In this document: positions 58,911-60,288 of the stretch, piece by piece | Position numbering within the stretch: the stretch's first letter is position 1 | How the letters are laid out: every line of letters starts with the position of its first letter | Source: an uncultured Gammaproteobacteria bacterium | Lineage (GTDB): Bacteria > Pseudomonadota > Gammaproteobacteria > SZUA-229 | DNA length: 60,288 bases | Reading direction: 5' to 3' | NCBI GenBank assembly: GCA_963924875.1 | Contig: CAWUSX010000003.1 | Span: forward strand, 1 to 60,288 | Program-made: the position numbers and the translations under genes | Notes under the pieces: model-generated | What the model was told of the DNA's origin: nothing | Databases searched by the model: none | Seen by the model: the letters and a program-made list of their open reading frames with translations, nothing else

Positions 58911-58937
58911 TAGCACCAGTCTTTAGGACTGGTGTTA
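58911..58937. terminator. Hairpin/terminator between convergent btuB and btuD
   Basis: TAGCACCAGTC-tttag-GACTGGTGTTA. Confidence 0.65.
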
Positions 58938-58938
58938 T

Positions 58939-59706
58939 TTATTTGGAGATAAATAAAGCGCCAAACTCTGTATTTATTTTATGCAGTGGATATTGATATA
59001 GCTCACTGAGTGTTTTTTCATTTAATAGCTCTTCTATAGTTCCATTAAGAACTTTTCCATTACCAAACAGTAAGATTAAATGCGTACAATATTGTTGTGC
59101 TAAATTTATGTCGTGTAGTGTCATGATGGTGCTGCTAGGGGTGTTTTTTGTAAGCTCAGAAAAGTACCCCAGCAGTTGCATTTGATGTTTTAAATCCAGG
59201 TGGCTATTGGGTTCATCTAATAAGTACAGTTGAGGTGATTGCGCAATTAAGCAGGCAATGGCAACGCGTTGTCTTTCACCGCCGGATAGTTGATCAATCG
59301 ATCGATCGGACATGTCAGTCATCTGTACGACGTCAAGTGCGTGCTGTGCAATCGCCAAATCGTCTTTACTTTCCCATGACCAGTTATCAATGTGTGGATG
59401 TCGTCCAGTAAGTACGGTATCAATTACGCTGCAAGGAAATGACTCTTCACTTTGTTGTAATAAGAGCCCTACTTTTTGTGCAATCGTTTTTCTGCTCAGG
59501 TCATTAATATTTTTCTGCTCAATAAAAATTGCACCACTGTCGGGTTTGCGTAAACCAGCAAGTGTATGTAGTAGCGTTGTTTTACCAACACCATTACGAC
59601 CCAGTATGCCCCAGACTTGCCCGGGCTCTATGCTTAGCTTGAGTTGTTCGCATACGCGCTTATTCGAGATGCTGATGTTTAAATCTGTGCTTTGCAAGAT
59701 GCTCAT
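58939..59706 (-). CDS. ABC transporter ATP-binding protein (BtuD/FecE-like)
   Basis: 'GRNGVGKTT', 'LSGGERQR', 'LLDEP', 'LHD'. Confidence 0.9.
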   Translation of the reverse strand: MSILQSTDLNISISNKRVCEQLKLSIEPGQVWGILGRNGVGKTTLLHTLAGLRKPDSGAIFIEQKNINDLSRKTIAQKVGLLLQQSEESFPCSVIDTVLTGRHPHIDNWSWESKDDLAIAQHALDVVQMTDMSDRSIDQLSGGERQRVAIACLIAQSPQLYLLDEPNSHLDLKHQMQLLGYFSELTKNTPSSTIMTLHDINLAQQYCTHLILLFGNGKVLNGTIEELLNEKTLSELYQYPLHKINTEFGALFISK

Positions 59707-60288
59707 GCCGCTGCATCCTTGCTGAAGTTTTTATTCAGTAGATAGAGGAAAAACGGTACGCCGATAAATGCGGTAATTACGCCAACGGGTAATTGTTGCG
59801 GGGCAATTATGCTGCGTGCAAGAGTGTCAGAAATTAATAATAAACTGCCACCTAATAACACGCTGGCAGGTAATAATAAACGATGATCGCTGCCAGCTAT
59901 TAAGCGCACTATGTGTGGAACGATAAGTCCGATAAATCCCACGCTACCCGCCTGGGTAACGGCAAATGCGGTGAGCAGTGAGGCGAGCAAAAATAAGGTA
60001 ATGCGCAGAGGTTTTATAGAAACGCCAAGTACGCTTGCCTGTAATTCACCGCGAGAAAGAATATTCAGCTGTCGCGCAATAAAAAATGTAATGACGAGCG
60101 CGACGACGAGTACGATAAGCAAAAGTATTGTCGGTTCTGCATGACTAAGGTCGCCCATTAACCAGAACAACATGCCTCTAAGTGGCTTTTCCGGACTGCT
60201 CGATAGAATAAAGTTAATTAGTGCGCCCCAGCCGGCAGCAATTACAACACCGGTTAACAACAGGCGTGTAGGGTTCCAGCTGCCCTTG
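59703..60288 (-). CDS. FecCD/BtuC-family permease, 3' part (5' end outside window)
   Basis: 'FWLMGDLS', 'GSVGFIGLIVPHIVR', 'LPVGVITAFIGVPFF'; frame open to the window edge. Confidence 0.9.
   Translation of the reverse strand, partial: KGSWNPTRLLLTGVVIAAGWGALINFILSSSPEKPLRGMLFWLMGDLSHAEPTILLLIVLVVALVITFFIARQLNILSRGELQASVLGVSIKPLRITLFLLASLLTAFAVTQAGSVGFIGLIVPHIVRLIAGSDHRLLLPASVLLGGSLLLISDTLARSIIAPQQLPVGVITAFIGVPFFLYLLNKNFSKDAAA

Noticed and set aside
1-60288. tRNA/rRNA genes, transposases, integrases, prophage or defence genes
   Set aside because: No recognisable signatures seen by eye; a tRNAscan/Infernal run would be needed to exclude small RNAs fully.

Overview
60.3-kb AT-rich chromosomal segment of a non-enteric gammaproteobacterium, most likely a marine or sediment chemolithoautotrophic sulfur oxidiser (soeABC with divergent moaA, and a CbbY-type HAD phosphatase). 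It is mostly housekeeping: mrcA, grxD, rnt, pyrC, mpl, ubiX, csp, hemL/thiE/thiD, adk, ppa, the mrdA-rodA-mltB-rlpA-dacA-dat-ybeD-lipB-lipA cluster, a MoxR/VWA/Bat operon and a btuF-riboswitch-btuB / btuCD B12 uptake locus. It also carries c-di-GMP signalling genes and a glycerophosphodiester/glycerol operon. No rRNA, tRNA, CRISPR array, transposase or prophage was seen. The notable anomalies are: (1) a diverged 53-bp tandem triplication of the thiD 5' end that makes two ATGA-coupled 18-aa minigenes feeding into thiD; (2) thiE with no canonical start upstream of its conserved first strand, probably starting at ATA; (3) hemL split by a single in-frame TAA; (4) a ~700-bp intergenic stack of nested and inverted palindromic elements showing compensatory stem changes; (5) an FNR-like box in the spacer of the predicted soeA promoter; (6) adenylate kinase with a ~190-aa histone-like plus coiled-coil tail. 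All family calls come from motif recognition by eye; no database search was run.
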